The position numbers and the translations under genes are program-made. Below are positions 36,331 through 51,400 of a stretch of DNA of 64,000 bases, one piece after another. Origin of the DNA: Mytilus trossulus (taxonomy: Eukaryota); assembly GCF_036588685.1 (NCBI RefSeq), contig NC_086374.1, forward strand, positions 29,326,001 to 29,390,000. The letters run 5' to 3'. The stretch's first letter is position 1; the number at the start of each line of letters is the position of its first letter. The notes beneath the pieces are model-generated. The model made no database searches and had not been told where the DNA came from. It saw only the letters and a program-made list of their open reading frames with translations.

Positions 36331-39300
36331 CAAGACTTCTTCGAGAGTTATCTGCTACATTTGTAATTGATATTGGACTCTTGTCGTATTGCTTTCTATT
36401 TAAAAAAAAAGGTTGTTATCCAAACGCTGGTAATAAGCAATATGGTTCCGGAAAAAATGTAACAACCTTTTCTAAAATGATTGTTTTTATCAACTGTGTA
36501 ATCAGCCTCCACTTCCCCAAACCTACAAATAACAAATTTTTAAACATTTTTTTTCTTCAAATTTCTACTGTGACTTCAAGTGAATCACACTTGAGACAAA
36601 TCTGAAGTCAAAATCCAATTTCGTGGAAAAATAATCTTAACTTGATTTGTAATGAAGAATGGAGCCCAGTATATGAAAAGGGATATAATAAAAGTGATGT
36701 TGACCCAATATATACTAAAGAAAATGTATTCTCGTGTGAATAAGTTCACATTCTCTGTTCTGTCATTCTCTGCGATGCGAAAGTACAGAGGACCACGGAA
36801 ACTGTTCAAAGGTCGACTTCAGCTAGTAGAATTGTTCTGCCACAAAGGATCATGATCCCTTTGTACTGCTTGAATGATAAATTATGTTTCAGTGATAAAA
36901 ATGACATCAAACGATGGACACTCTATTCGTATTGGTATTTACAAAAATACGATATGTAAAATCAAACACAATCACATTGTTATGAAGCGAAATACAATGA
37001 CACCACACATTTACTAATGTTCTTCCATATGTCTTTTGGTTATTTTTCTTGTTGGGTCGCAGCAATTAATGAAAATAAGAAGATGTGACAGAATATATGC
37101 AAACTTACCTTTCGGAAGTATATTTACGTTTTCATTGTATCTACATATATTTACAAAGCAGAAATACCCCTAAATGATATAGAGTTCGACCTCTTTGTTT
37201 CCAGCTGTATTATATAATGTTTAAACTCGTAGAATTTATGACAAACATGGCGACTTTGCACTTTCAGTCTGCTAATTTAGCTTCCCTTAGTAGTGAAACT
37301 TTTGTAGGACTCCTCTCAAAGGCTACATACATTTTTCAGTTGGTTACATACGCGTGTGTTTTCAGAGACCTCGTAATGACTTCATATTTTCTCTACACCG
37401 AGTCTTCAACAACCTCCAGATATCTTAATTTAGCCAAAACGTAGAGTAAAATTATGAAAAAGAAATTCTGATTGCAGGAATTCAAGCAAAATCCCGAACC
37501 CAAACTTTTCTTGAGATTTGATAACACAAAACAAGTTTATGATAGTCTTTTTGATATGATTTATTTTATGTTTAATAAACATATGTTACTAGAAAAATCG
37601 TGGATTTAAAATATGATATACATAAGTCACTAGAAACTTCTTGAGACCTCGAAGTGACTAATAAAGTATACATAGCTTACTTCAAATAACTATTCTAAAA
37701 AAACAGTGGTATCACTAGAAAGGTCGAAGATACAGAAATAAAAAAATCCACATACGGCCTATATCGTATCAGATGATACAAATTGGTCCTGTCAGTAACC
37801 GATACCAGAAAACCACTAATAACAACAAAATTCCGGCTATTCGTTTTTCAAAAACAAAATTTATCGATATTTTAATAATCATTTGCGCTTGTCCTCCATG
37901 CAAATACTAATACATATATAAGATATGATTATCACATATCTCCGGGATCAAAGTACCTATATATCTGTGATAAAGTACCTGGTGCGAATTCTACCCAGTC
38001 ATACGCCTGTGCTTATTTACCGACTATTTCATAACCACTTTTACTTATAATGTCATTTTTATTTCGGTAAACTCAGGAAGAAAACAGATCTGCAAGAACT
38101 AGAATTCAAATTGGGAATCGACTTTTAAATTTGTGAATAGTACAATTTAGGACATTAGTAGAATATATTCGGTGTGTAACAATGATTTTGACCAAATGGA
38201 ACATCATAAACTTATCACATATATTGATACTGTTCATGCTTATATACTTAACAAGGGGTGAGTACTTATAGCGTCTAAGCTTTCTCCATTGAAATCCGAC
38301 TATAACGACATCTGTAGGTATTTTTGGTTTCTCTTATTTTTGTTAAGATTCTTATTACACCATACCTATCTTATTTTGTCGTCCTTTACATCAGAGGAGT
38401 TGTACATGTTACGCCTTACGACGCAAAAAAATACCTCTTCGGAGCACTTGCGTCCAACTAAATAGTTAGCGCGATTTGTGTTGCTAAGTCTTGCGTTGCT
38501 CTGTTAAAGTTGATAATTTTTTGTTTCGTTATTATTGTGCTATTATTTTAACTTTTTTTCTTCGGCTCATGGTTTGCATTCTGAAGTTTGTTAATTATAT
38601 AAACTAAATGTCAAACAAATTCTATAAACACCTTTCTGAATTTCGATATCATCACATGATTGATCGTGATTGATTTGAAAGAAGTTGACACTGCTTAAGT
38701 AGAGCGTATATGTCTACTGACAAGGGTCCAATAACAATTCGGGTCCAATAACAATTCCATTCTACTGGTATTTCCCACATAATCGGATAGTTTAACGGTC
38801 AAGTCTCACCATATGTTTTATGACTTGAAACTACCGAAACTACCAGTTGCTCTTGTAGAACAGATATATTTTTATTTCAAAACGGCATGCATGCCCAGAT
38901 AATATTTTTTATTAGAGAATGGTTCTCTTACATAAGACAACAATCCAACGGTACCAAAAAATCCCAGTTTCGATATGTAAATTTCGAACATAGACAAGTC
39001 CCTATTCACAAAATGTCGAGCTGTCATCAACCCAAAAAAAAACCAGAATGACAAATATATATAACATCTAACGAAACACAACCACTGGACAGGCTACCTT
39101 TACAGAACATGAACACGAGCATCAGCCGGGGTTGGAATACTTTTTAAGCTTTCAAATCTCCCATTTTAAGTTCGAAAAAATGGTTTGATAATGGGCAATG
39201 CATCACACCTTGCAAAAGGGCCTAAATGTGTTAATATTGAGCACCAAATCCTTTCCAATTTTTCACTAAAATACAGCTCAGTGGGACAAAACGGGTAAAT

Positions 39301-39519
39301 AGACGAACGTTTGATGACAGGTGCAGATACAAGGGAAACAACGTAAAAGGCCAAAAATGGAGCATATAAAAACTCTGTATAAGTAAAAGACGAAACACGT
39401 CGTGTAAAAAACCCCACATCGTATCAACAGTTTTCTTTAATACGATGTTTTTGTATATGTTAAAACAATTAGAAACGAATTAAATAAAAAAAAAAAAAAG
39501 TACATGTAAAAGTAAAGAC

Positions 39520-40270
39520 ATGAAACACGCGGCATAAAGACACAGGTACAAAGCTATGAAACGCATCGTAAAAAACAGATGCAAGTAAAACAAAGACAAC
39601 ATATAGTATAATTCAGATACAAGCAAAGCAACGAAACACATCTTATAAAACAGATGCAAGTACATCAATGAAACACATCGTATAAAACAGATACAAGTAA
39701 TGCAACGAAACACCTCGTATAAAACAGATACACGTAAAGCAATGAAACACATCGTATAAAACAGATACAAGTAAAAATACGAAACACATCGTATAAAACA
39801 GATACAAGTACATCAATGAAACACATCGTATAAAACAGATACAAGTAAATCAATGAAACACATCGTATAAAACAGATACAAGTACATCAATGAAACACAT
39901 CGTATAAAACAGATACAAGTACATCAATGAAACACATCGTACAAAACAGATACAAGTACATCAATGAAACACATCGTATAAAACAGATACAAGTACATCA
40001 ATGAAACACATCGTATAAAACAGATACAAGTAAATCAATGAAACACATCGTATAAAAACAGATACACGTAAAGCAATGAAACACATCGTATAAAAACAGA
40101 TACACGTAAAGCAATGAAACACATCGTATGAAACAGACACAAGAAAAACAATGAAACACATCGTGTAAAACAGATACAAGTTAAACCATGAAACACATCG
40201 TTTGAAAAAAAAAACAGGTACAAGTAAAACATATGAAACACATCGTATAAAACAGATAAACGAAACACAC
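39520..40270. repeat. 37-bp minisatellite
   Basis: Unit aatgaaacacatcgtataaaacagatacaagtacatc; the overlapping ORFs are artefacts. Confidence 0.93.
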
Positions 40271-41817
40271 TTTATAATATAAAAAAAGAGGATGAAACAC
40301 TGTATAAAAAGTAGGTACACTCATGGAAGTTATATATATATATATCTAAATTTTTATTTTCAATATTACTTCCATGGTACAATTAAGTACCTTTATCTTT
40401 ATGATAACTCGCATATACATGTGTTTTCCGTGTTGTTACATACTATCAGAAATATAGACTTGCTGATCCTTGCTGTATCTTGTATTTAGCGACATGGTTA
40501 AAACTTGTGGTTATCAGTGATCAGTACATGTTGATAGTACCGATTAGTCGGTTATCAAAAGTAGATACATGTAACAAATCAATTAATCCAAGTCGTTAAA
40601 AACACGATTAACATAATTAATTCTAGTACTCTCTATGCACACAATTGATACTTTTCTCAGACGTTCTGCATCTTTATATGATTTTTTTTTATCACAAAAG
40701 AAATCAACAGTGACAGTTGATCTTGGAAATAGGTATCTTACATGATACAAAACTTTGAAACAAGGATGCATTTATAGCCAAAAATCCCCCCTTACCTATA
40801 GGACAGTGGACTGGTTTCACAGCTGTTGGAAAGGGTTTAACTAATCAAATCGACACAAAAATAACTTACAAAAAACTTAAGACAAAGGTTCAAGACTTAC
40901 AGATAGAAATATTCTAAAGACGATAATCTTCAGTTGAAGATTCTCGATAATGAGATCTAAATATCCGTTTTGGTTTTCAAGATTGTTAGTTGTTGTCTCA
41001 TTGACGTATACTCAGCTAAACGTTTTTTACTTTTGGCATTGTTAATTGTTAATGATAGTTTGATCAGTCCTGTCTCGTTGAGAACGAATCTAAGGCCGAA
41101 GTAGCTAGTATCTAAAAACACGATAGATTATCAACATAAATGGTCACTTTTGGTCCCCATTTCTAGCCTACGAGTTGTTTTACATCATGCAAACATATTA
41201 GCCAATTCAACTGCTATATAATATTTCAATCATCCAGTTTCAACGATACCTAATTACCTAATACATGTTTGTTGACTACCCTGTGACAATTGTTTTCTTG
41301 TTTATTCAAAGTACAATGTACAAAAAAATAATCCATTTATATATAAGAAAATGAATCTTTATTACTTACTGACATTCTACAGCAATTTAACTAAAATAAC
41401 TTTAGTCCAGGCATAAAAGATCATAAAACACTTGTAAAAAAAAGGGGCAAAAACATCAAACTCGAATAATCTCAGTGGAAATGAGATATGGTAAATTAGC
41501 AGCACAAGTCACAAAATGATAAAGTCAAGACCCCAAATGATACGAACATTGACTCTACTTGAGTTGTGCATAATCATAATCAAATGCATATATAATGTAC
41601 GAATAACAATATTATACAATGATGACAAGTATGTCCAAATTATCTTCTTTATCAATGAGTACAAGTCAGGATTGTTACAAAGATTATAAAAATCAGTCGA
41701 TATCTTACAAATATTTGTGTCAACATCGCACCCAAAGGTCAGTGTGTGTTTCGTCTTGTTGACTTGTTGACTTAACAAGGACACCCTGTTTAATTTATTA
41801 GATAGTAATATCATATA

Positions 41818-41949
41818 NNNNNNNNNNNNNNNNNNNNNNNNNNNNNNNNNNNNNNNNNNNNNNNNNNNNNNNNNNNNNNNNNNNNNNNNNNNNNNNNNNN
41901 NNNNNNNNNNNNNNNNNNNNNNNNNNNNNNNNNNNNNNNNNNNNNNNNN
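41818..41949. other. Assembly gap (132 N)
   Basis: Run of n. Confidence 0.99.
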
Positions 41950-42457
41950 AATTTTCTTATTTGTCATCTTAAAGTTTACGTTCTTTACTCCAAATTAGAA
42001 TATAATAGGTATGTTACATAATGTATTTGTACGTATCATAAAATTTATTTTCAATACGATGTTTTTATATTTAACACATTAAAATTAATATTTTACGATA
42101 TTTTGAAATCGTTAATCTAGAATCGCTTTGTTTATTATACAAAGGTACACCATTTTTGTCATAATGGCAAACAGACAGTGTTCGGTTCGTATTCAAGACA
42201 AGTATAGAGGGTTTGTGCAAATGAGTATACACTATCGGAAGCACTAAATGTTTTATTGATTTCTTTCATTATTATTACATTATTATAGTATAGTAGTCTC
42301 AGTTTCTATAAACTACATTCTCTTCTTTAAAAGTTATGGTATCATTATATAAATTTTGAGATTACAATTGCATTTTTAAAACAGTATCATATGATTGAAT
42401 ATGATTGACTGGTATTTAACCTAAATTTGCATGAAAAAATATATTCTTGATTTACAG

Positions 42458-45400
42458 GACAAACTCAACCAAATAGCCTACGACTGGTAAATGGTAAACG
42501 ACCAACTCAAGGTAGATTAGAGATATATCATAACAACACTTGGGGATCTATCTGTGATGACCACTTTGACAACAATGCGTCTATAGTAGCATGTAAACAA
42601 CTAGGATTTTATCAGTCGTAAGAATATATTTGAATACTGCTTTGCAAGACTGCATCACCTATTTTCCCTATTTACCACTATCTATGCTATGTGTCTATAT
42701 TATATTGTACATTGAAGTCTTACTTAATTCTTGTACAGGTAATATTCTCAGGTGTAGGATTTGACAAGATTTTAAAAACAATAACAATAAAAAATGTTGC
42801 ATATCAATTTATCAAGTCTATATAGTATCTGAGACATACATGTGTCACGATCGGCTTATATTTGAAGTGACACCATCTGAATATAACCGTGACAGTTTCA
42901 TGACTGAGTCATACTGATTTTTTAAAATTTTTACTGTTTTTTTCTTCTAATTCATTTTCCTTTTTCTAATGTCTAATGTCATTTGGTATAGATAAGATCA
43001 GATAATGCCAAATTGTGCCGTTGTCTGTTTTTATGTAGACGAAAGCGCGCATGGTCTGGTGTATTTTATATTATACGCCTGGTACCTTTGATAACTGTTT
43101 AACCTTTCACAGTACAACTTTTTTTCTTAGAATGATCATTTATTATGATGATAACACAATATTGACTGCTGTACCCCTATTTTTGACATTTTTACTCTTT
43201 GAGTATGTTTGTTTTGTTCATACATCGTTGACTGGCAATGTAATGGAATTTGATGCGACTGTCATACAGGTGAGAGGTTTAACTAGCTATAAAACCAGGT
43301 TCAATCCACCATTTTCTACATTAGAAAATGCCTGTACCAAGTCAGGAATATGACAGTTGTTATCCATTCGTTTGATGTGTTTGGAATTTTGATTTTGCCT
43401 TTTGATTTTGGATTTTCCTTTTTGAATTTTCCTCGGAGTTCGGTATTTTTGTGTTTTTACTTTTTATAATATTAAATTTTTTATTGTTGGATAAGATACG
43501 GGTTATTGAAAATCTCTAAATGACCGATTTCCACTAGTCGATACCGTATTTGAAAAACTACACACTAAGTTCGTTTCTCTCCCTTTTCTTGTGATTCCTC
43601 TCCTCTTCCTTGAAGAAAGTCATGAAAATACCCGACAGATAACAGTAACATCAGGCGCGTAGCTCCCTATACGCCAACACGCAGTTGCGTGCACATCGAT
43701 TTGGCATGCAAAATAAAATTGCAAAATAAACATTTATAAATTAAATGTTTAAAGGAAACACATATGTTGTCACTTTTTTAATTGATGAAATGTCATTAAA
43801 TAACGGCATTTGGTTTCAAAATAGAAGTTCTATTGGAGATCATGACAAAATCGGACAGTATTACTTGTATCTCATTTCAAGATTTGAATTTGTTATATCA
43901 GTCTAAGACATGTAATTTCGGAGCACATTTTACAGGGTACGGTTTATCTGTTTGGAATGAGATGTACCAATCGGCATTAGATTTATCAGAACCCTTCGAT
44001 ATCGTTGAAAATATGACACGGCGATGTGTTCTACAGACTACCAGAGCCAATCACCCTGCAAACACGCCAAAACAGTATTGGAAAGTCTCGTTATAATTTG
44101 CGTTTATAGACCATATGATAATGGAACTGGAGAGTGTAGTCACGTCACGACAGAAAATCGCTTCTTTGTGCCGTATCTGCTTCTTCTTGTTGTAGGAAAT
44201 ATAACAGACTAACAAATCTCAACATTGTCTGAGACATACGAAACTGACCTGGTATGTAGTTTTGACGAATTCAATTGGGAGGTCGCTCGATGGCGAATAC
44301 GTACGTTGCATGGTTTATAACATCTCGCAAGTGCTACCGTGGAGATCTATCGGTGTACTAGTCTGTTGAAATCAAATGTACGACCAACAATGCACAACTA
44401 CTGGTTATCATCGCTAGCATTACTGCATATCCATCGGCGTTTCAGTGTAAATATTGACAAAGTAATAGAGAAGTTCGTTTCTGCCTAGACCCGAAAAGCA
44501 GATTTTGGACAATTTTGAGTAAATTCTGTATCAGAAAAATGTGTAGTTTATGTTTTCAATTAACCATGCCGATTTACTCTATTCAGAAGCTTTATTAATA
44601 GTTTTACATTCATAAATTGTTAATAAGTCCTATCTACATGTAGCTCCTCTTTCAACTGTCCTATAACCGAAAACCGAAAAAAAAACATTTTTCTGCGTAA
44701 AAGGGTCCCAAAAATTTTTCGCCTCGCTCCGCTCGGCGGTACTTGCTTGCACATTGTTTCTTTCTAGCTACGCCCCTGAACATTAACAGGGTACCCTCCT
44801 TTACATTTTTTTTATGCAGAGCAAAATAAGGTATATATATAATCATTTTGATTCAGTCTGCCTAGAAAATAAAATATGAGTGGCATCATAGTCACTACAG
44901 TTACACTCATTTTGCAATATTTACATGAGGTCAGACAAATAGCCTTTCAAGATGTCATATTTATTCAGAACTATAATCCAACAGTCCTATGTAGTTGTTA
45001 TATTTAAGAAATAATTGATGCATTGAAGCTATACTTTATTGTAGAAGGGGTCGAATTTAAGCTTTTTTGTGTACTGGCCAGCCGTGGGCCTGTGACAGAA
45101 TATAAGTTCCCCCATAATATTTGTTCCAAAGAACTTTTAGCATATAAAAAAAGTTCCATTGGGAACTTTACTTGTATAATATTTTATCCAATGCTATAAG
45201 AAAATTTCCTTCACAAAGGATAAAATATTACATAAGGAAAGTTCCCAATGGAACTTTTGTCATATGCTAAAAGTTCTTAGAATAAATATTATGGACAATG
45301 TTTTATATACTCATGATATTATAATGAAAGTTCCAGGAACATTTGTTATATTATAAAAGTTCTGGGAATATTTGTTATATTATAAAAGTTCTAGGAATAT

Positions 45401-48400
45401 TTGATATATTTTAAAAGTTCCTGGCATATTTGGAATATTGGCTATATTATAAATGTTCCAGGGATAGTTATCATGGTTATTAGATAATGAAAGTTCTTGA
45501 TATATTTATTGTGTGATCAAAGTTTTAGGAATATATACTACAATATCATAAATCATTTCTAGCTACAAATGTATAGAATTAAATTTCCAATAATAAAGTA
45601 GACATTTTCACCTGAAATTTGTGGCTTACTTCATGCTTGACTAAAGTTTGAGCATATCTTTCTGTCATTGGTACAGACTAAAGGACCATTTAGTTAAGTC
45701 ACAGTGGGACATGCAGTGATAAAATATTAAAAATATATATCCTAACCTTGCTTAGCATGAGAGCCATCGTTTAAATATGTAAACGTTTTGTTGTATTCCT
45801 CAGACTCCATCTTTGTATGTACTACATGCACAGGTAAATATCATGTGAGGTGAACATTAATTAAGATTTAATCAGGTGTAAAAAAATCAAATGACACTCT
45901 TTCTTTAAAGGAACAAATATTTTGACACCATATGATATTTTAGTTCCAGGAAAATACCTTATGAAGGTGGAACTAATATTATGTAATGTTTGTTCCCAAG
46001 AACTTTTATTATCCATAGTTTTGTTCCAGGGGGAACAAGTATTATGAGGAACAAATATATGTTCACAGGCCAGCCGGACCAGTGGACTGAATAAATCTAC
46101 TGGTCCTGCAAAAACGACATTCATTTGACAAACACTAATGTAAACGATGCAATCAGTGAGTTTTATAGACAAATCTACTGGTTCACCGGACCACCAGCTG
46201 ACAAAGTCTACTGGTCCGATGCAAATTCTACTGGTCTCTGACCACCAGACCAGTGCCAATTTCAACCCCTGTTGTAGTTTTAACATGGGTAGGCATTATA
46301 TTCATGATTATTTTTGCCTGAGCGATAGTGAGGGCTAAAATAACAAGAATATAATGCCTACCCATGTTAAAATTACAATAAAGTATAGCTTGCATCAATT
46401 ATCATGATTATTTTGATTCTGAATAGGACAATAAGGTCATTTCCATGTCCAATAAGTGTAAGTGTAAAAGCAGTTGTGTATGCTCTTCCATGAACCTTCC
46501 TTTTTTGTTGTAAAGAAGCAAATGGCTGGCGCTGTGATTTATCAGAGGGTGAAGTTTGAATGGCCAGCATGAACAGTTGTCGTATCTAGGTCAAATATGT
46601 CAATTTCGGTTTGCAACTCATTACAGTCATAATAAATGACTTAGTAACATTATGTAAACCATTAAAGAGTTTGAAAGTGTTTTAAAAGTAAGGATATAAA
46701 TTAAGTGCATGATAATTTATAAAAAAATCATTATTCTGAAGAAGTCAATATACGCATGTGCCAACAAATTTGATTTGATTTAGAGCATGGGTTTGTTTAC
46801 AAAGCAAAAGAAGCATGTCATATTCAAATGTTATAATGTGAAATAACAGAAGTGTGCTGTTTTCAACTTTTTATTGAAATGCAATTAAGATCTTATTTAA
46901 AGAAATAATTGAATAAATGGACTAGACTGTCTTTGAATTTTTTGATATTTATGATTTTCTAATTTTGATATGATTTTTTTACAGGAGTAAAATATCATTA
47001 TCAAGAACAAATGGTTATTTTGGTGCAGCTCCAACATCTTATCCTATCTGGCTTGATGATGTAACATGTGCAGGGAATGAAAACAGTTTGCTAAATTGTC
47101 AACACAAAGATTTTGGTCGAGAAAACTGTAAACATACTGAAGATGTTGGTGTAGATTGTGATGCAGGTAACAAATTGTCAATTGTAGATTGTGTTGCATG
47201 GGTTTAGATTGCAGTGGCGGATCCAGAACTTTTCCTGAGGGGGGGGGCCTGCTGACTGACCTAAGAGGGGGCCCGATCCAGTCATGCTTCAATGATTCCC
47301 TATATAATCAACCAAATTTTTCCCACGAAAGGGGGAGGCCCAGGCCCCCCAGGGCACCCTGGATCCGCCTTTGGATTGTGGACGTATAGGCACTACTGTG
47401 TCAAGGTGTATATTGTGGACGTACAGACATTACTGTGTCAAGGTGTAGATTGTGATGGAAGTAATTAGTAAACCAAATAAAAAACTAAAGACATTATATT
47501 CTGGCATTTATTCTTGATAGTTTATTGGCAACACTAGCATTATTCTTTAAACAAAGGTACATGTACATGTATGATATTAATGAAAAGAGTTTATTTAACA
47601 CATTTCTAACATTGTTATTCTTTTACAAACAAAGTATCAGGTTACTCCAAGGAAAGACTAATTGACCCATGATCTTTTGTCTTTTAAGAAATAATTGATG
47701 CAAGCTATACTTTATTGTAGTTTTAACATGGCACATGCATGAGTAGGCATTATATTCATCAATTTGTTTTTACCTGTGCGATAGTAACACGAATATGATG
47801 CCTACCCATGTTAAAACTACAATAAAGTATAGCTTGCATCAATTATTTTGATTCTGAATATGACAATTAAGGTAATTTCTATGTCTGTTAACTATAAGTG
47901 TAAAAGTGTTTGTGTAGGCCCTTCCATGAACCTCCGTTTTTTGTTTGTAAAGAAGTAAACGGCCAGAGGGAGGAGTTTGAATAGCCTGAGCATGAACAGT
48001 TGTGGTATCTAGTTCAAATATGTTCAATTTTGGAATGCAACACATTACAGTCATAATAAATGAATAAGTAACATCATGTGCACCATTTTAGAGTTTGAAA
48101 GTGTTTTAAAGTTAAGGATATAAGTGCATGATAAATTGATAATTTGATAAAATTCATTACACTGAAGAAGTCAATATACACATGTTCTTACAAATTTTAT
48201 TGGATTTAAAGTATGGGTTTGTTCACAAAGCTAAAGAAGCAATCATATTAGAATAAGAAGTATTGCCCTAACTCTAATGGCTTTTTTTTATTCACCTTTT
48301 TTTCTTTTCAGCTCTTGATGCAAATTTACAACTAAGATTACGTGATGGTACAAAAGGAAGTGAAGGTCGTGTTGAGGTTTTTTACAACAATACCTGGGGT

Positions 48401-51400
48401 ACTATATGTGATGATGAGTTTGACAACAATGCTGCTAAACTTGTTTGTGCTGCCGTTGGTTATAAATTAAAGCAAGTATTAATAATTTGGTTTTTGTCTA
48501 TGTCACAGAATCTTCAATTTACTTCTCCTAGGATTAATTGCCTATGATGAAAAATTTCAATAATTTTTTCACGTTTTCAACATTAGTTTTCCTAAGACTG
48601 TAACTGTAAAAAAGAAATCCCTATGGAAACTTTATATATGTTTGTATTTCTAATGTCATTTGCGTCCTTCATGTGCTTATAGAAGTTAAAAACATATATA
48701 TGAACAGTATATGTCTTTTTTGCTTGTTTACCAGTTTCAACCTTTTTAACCTAATTCGTTGAATCAAAAACTATAATAAATAGGTCAATGTAGGTGCAGA
48801 AAGTGCTCACTACAATAATGATCAGCAATACAAGATCTACAATAAAGTCATATGATAGAAATCTTCAATGAATTGCTTAATGAAGTTTTTTCCCTTTTTT
48901 GGGCTATTATCTTTATGATTATGATAGATAGGTAAAGATGTATTCCTGAGTTCTCAACTCATGGAAATCTATCTGGACTCATCTGTTTCAAAACTGGTGA
49001 GTCTAAATACACAGCAAGATTGAAAAATGTTGTAAATTTGAGCACATCCACATCATTTTATAGCAAAAGTTTATATAATAAACTTTATTTGGATGTTATT
49101 TCTTTGCTCTACTTTGTCCTTGAGACTGAAAATATAAGCTATATAGCAATAACTCATTCTCAGTGCTTGACTTGTAATGGCCAAAAATGAAAAGCTGCTA
49201 GACTCACATAAAAAAATTCTTAGAGAGAACTCTAATATGAATAGAATATTTAATTCCTTGTTATTGAAACATTTAGTGCACAGGTCAGTATTGTAGAACA
49301 ATTTTTATTTGGTTGCAATAACTAAAGAGATATTTTATGATTATTTTTATATTTCCAGTACTGTAGCCGTTCCAATCAGCAGTTCCTTTTTTGGGAATGC
49401 CTCTAATCTTCGTATATGGTTAGATGATGTCAAGTGTACAGGAAATGAACCTGGACTTGGAGCATGTAGTCACAAACCTTGGGGAACAAACAACTGTGAC
49501 CATGGGGAAGATGCAGGGGTATTTTGTTTACAAGGAGGTAGGTTTATAATCTAGTTTTTCCTGAGTGTATTCATTTGAGCAGAACCATTATTCAAAATGA
49601 CTTTACACAAGTGCTACATTGTTTGTTTATTATGGAATGTTATGTTGAGAAAACTATTTATTTATTTAATCTTTTTTCATAGTTAATGATATTTTAAATT
49701 CAGTTGATTATAAAATGATAAAAGTACAAATTACTTTTACTATAAACTATGAAATATTTTATACTTTAAGCTACTGCACAGCCAACAAATGTGCTGGTTA
49801 GGCTAGCTGGTGGTAGAAATAAATATGAAGGCAGGGTAGAGATATACGTATACAACAGATGGGGAACAATATGTGATGATTCATTTGATGCTAGAGAGGC
49901 CAGAGTTGTCTGTAAAATGCTTGGATTTAACAGGTACTTCATTACAGATGTGCAGTCCAGATAGTATTGTAATTATACTTTGAGGATCCCATTTGGATGA
50001 AAAATATTATCCTATGACAATATAAAAAAGAAGATGTGGTATGATTGCTAATGGGACAACTCTCCACACGAGACCAAATGACATAGAAATTAACAATAGG
50101 TCACTGTACAGCGTTCAACAATGAGCAAAGGCCATATGCGTAGTCAGCTATAAAAGGCCCCGAAATGACAATGTAAAACTATTCAAATGAGAAAACTAAC
50201 GGCCTAATTCATATACAAAAAATGAACAAAAAACAAATATGTAACACATAAACAAACGACAACCACTGAATTACAGGCTCCTGACTTTGGACAGGCACAT
50301 ACATACAGAATGTGGCGGGGTTAAACATGTAAGAGGGATCCCAACCCTCCCCTAACCTAGGACAGTGGTGTATTTACAGTACAATATGAGATAGAACTAT
50401 AAAAATCAGTTGAAAAGGCTTAACAACTGTTTTGAAACCAATCATAACAAGGATGTTTTAAGAGTTTTTACAAGGTTGTTTTACTTTGGCAGTACTAAGC
50501 TGTCACACAATGTCCATCTATAAATTGACTGAAGAAATACATAAAACAAGTTTAGTGCTAATCTTATTTAATAAGGTATTGCAGGACAGCTCCTTTTTAT
50601 GTTCATACTGAACATTGTTGCCTTAGAGTTATGAGGGGCCTTGATGATGGGCTCTCAGCACAATCACGAGTTGAGTTTTTTGTCAATCATGATTCACAGA
50701 AAATAAATTTTCATGATCACAGATCACGAAAATGCGCCTATCAAGAAGAACGAAAATAACCCATCAGGCCCCTCAGTTATCCGATATTGAGGTCAGTACT
50801 TTCATCAGCAGGAAACTTTGGTTATGTTGTAACATTAGATTCAATTTATACTTCAGCGAATCACAACTACAGATAAAGCTAGTATGAAATATGACATAGT
50901 GTATCCATGTTTGTACTATAATGTTCTGGTTTTATAGTGAGGATTTCTGCTTTACATAACAGTAATCAGGAATCGCTAGAACATCACTAGATGTAAATTA
51001 ATAGAATTTTAATGCCAGATTTTGTATTTGGTGCCATAGAAGCATTATAATTATTTATTCCACCTGATTCTTAAACCAGGTAGATATCTATTTTTTTAGG
51101 CAAAATACATATTTATATTATAAATTTTCAGAGGAGGTTCTGTTATTAAAGGAAGAACTTTTGGTGGCAGGAAAGGTCCTATTTGGTTAGATGACATGGA
51201 ATGTCAGGGTAATGAGTCAAGTCTACTAAGCTGTATACATAAACCATGGGGTGTAAATAATTGTGGACATGATGAAGATGTGGCAGTTATGTGTAATTCT
51301 AGTAAGTTTATCTTGTTTATTGGAATAACTTTTTATTTTATAGATTTTGTTTCACAAAATTTATCTCTTTTATGTTCCAGTAAAAAGATTAATAATAGAA

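Noticed and set aside
37217-37444. 75-aa ORF with AAACATGGCG as a candidate first exon of the SRCR gene
   Set aside because: No clear signal peptide or convincing phase-1 donor; the true first exon may lie elsewhere or in the gap
39520-40270. 37-bp repeat array as CRISPR, or as a Cys/Phe-rich protein
   Set aside because: Head-to-tail units without unique spacers, no cas genes, eukaryotic context
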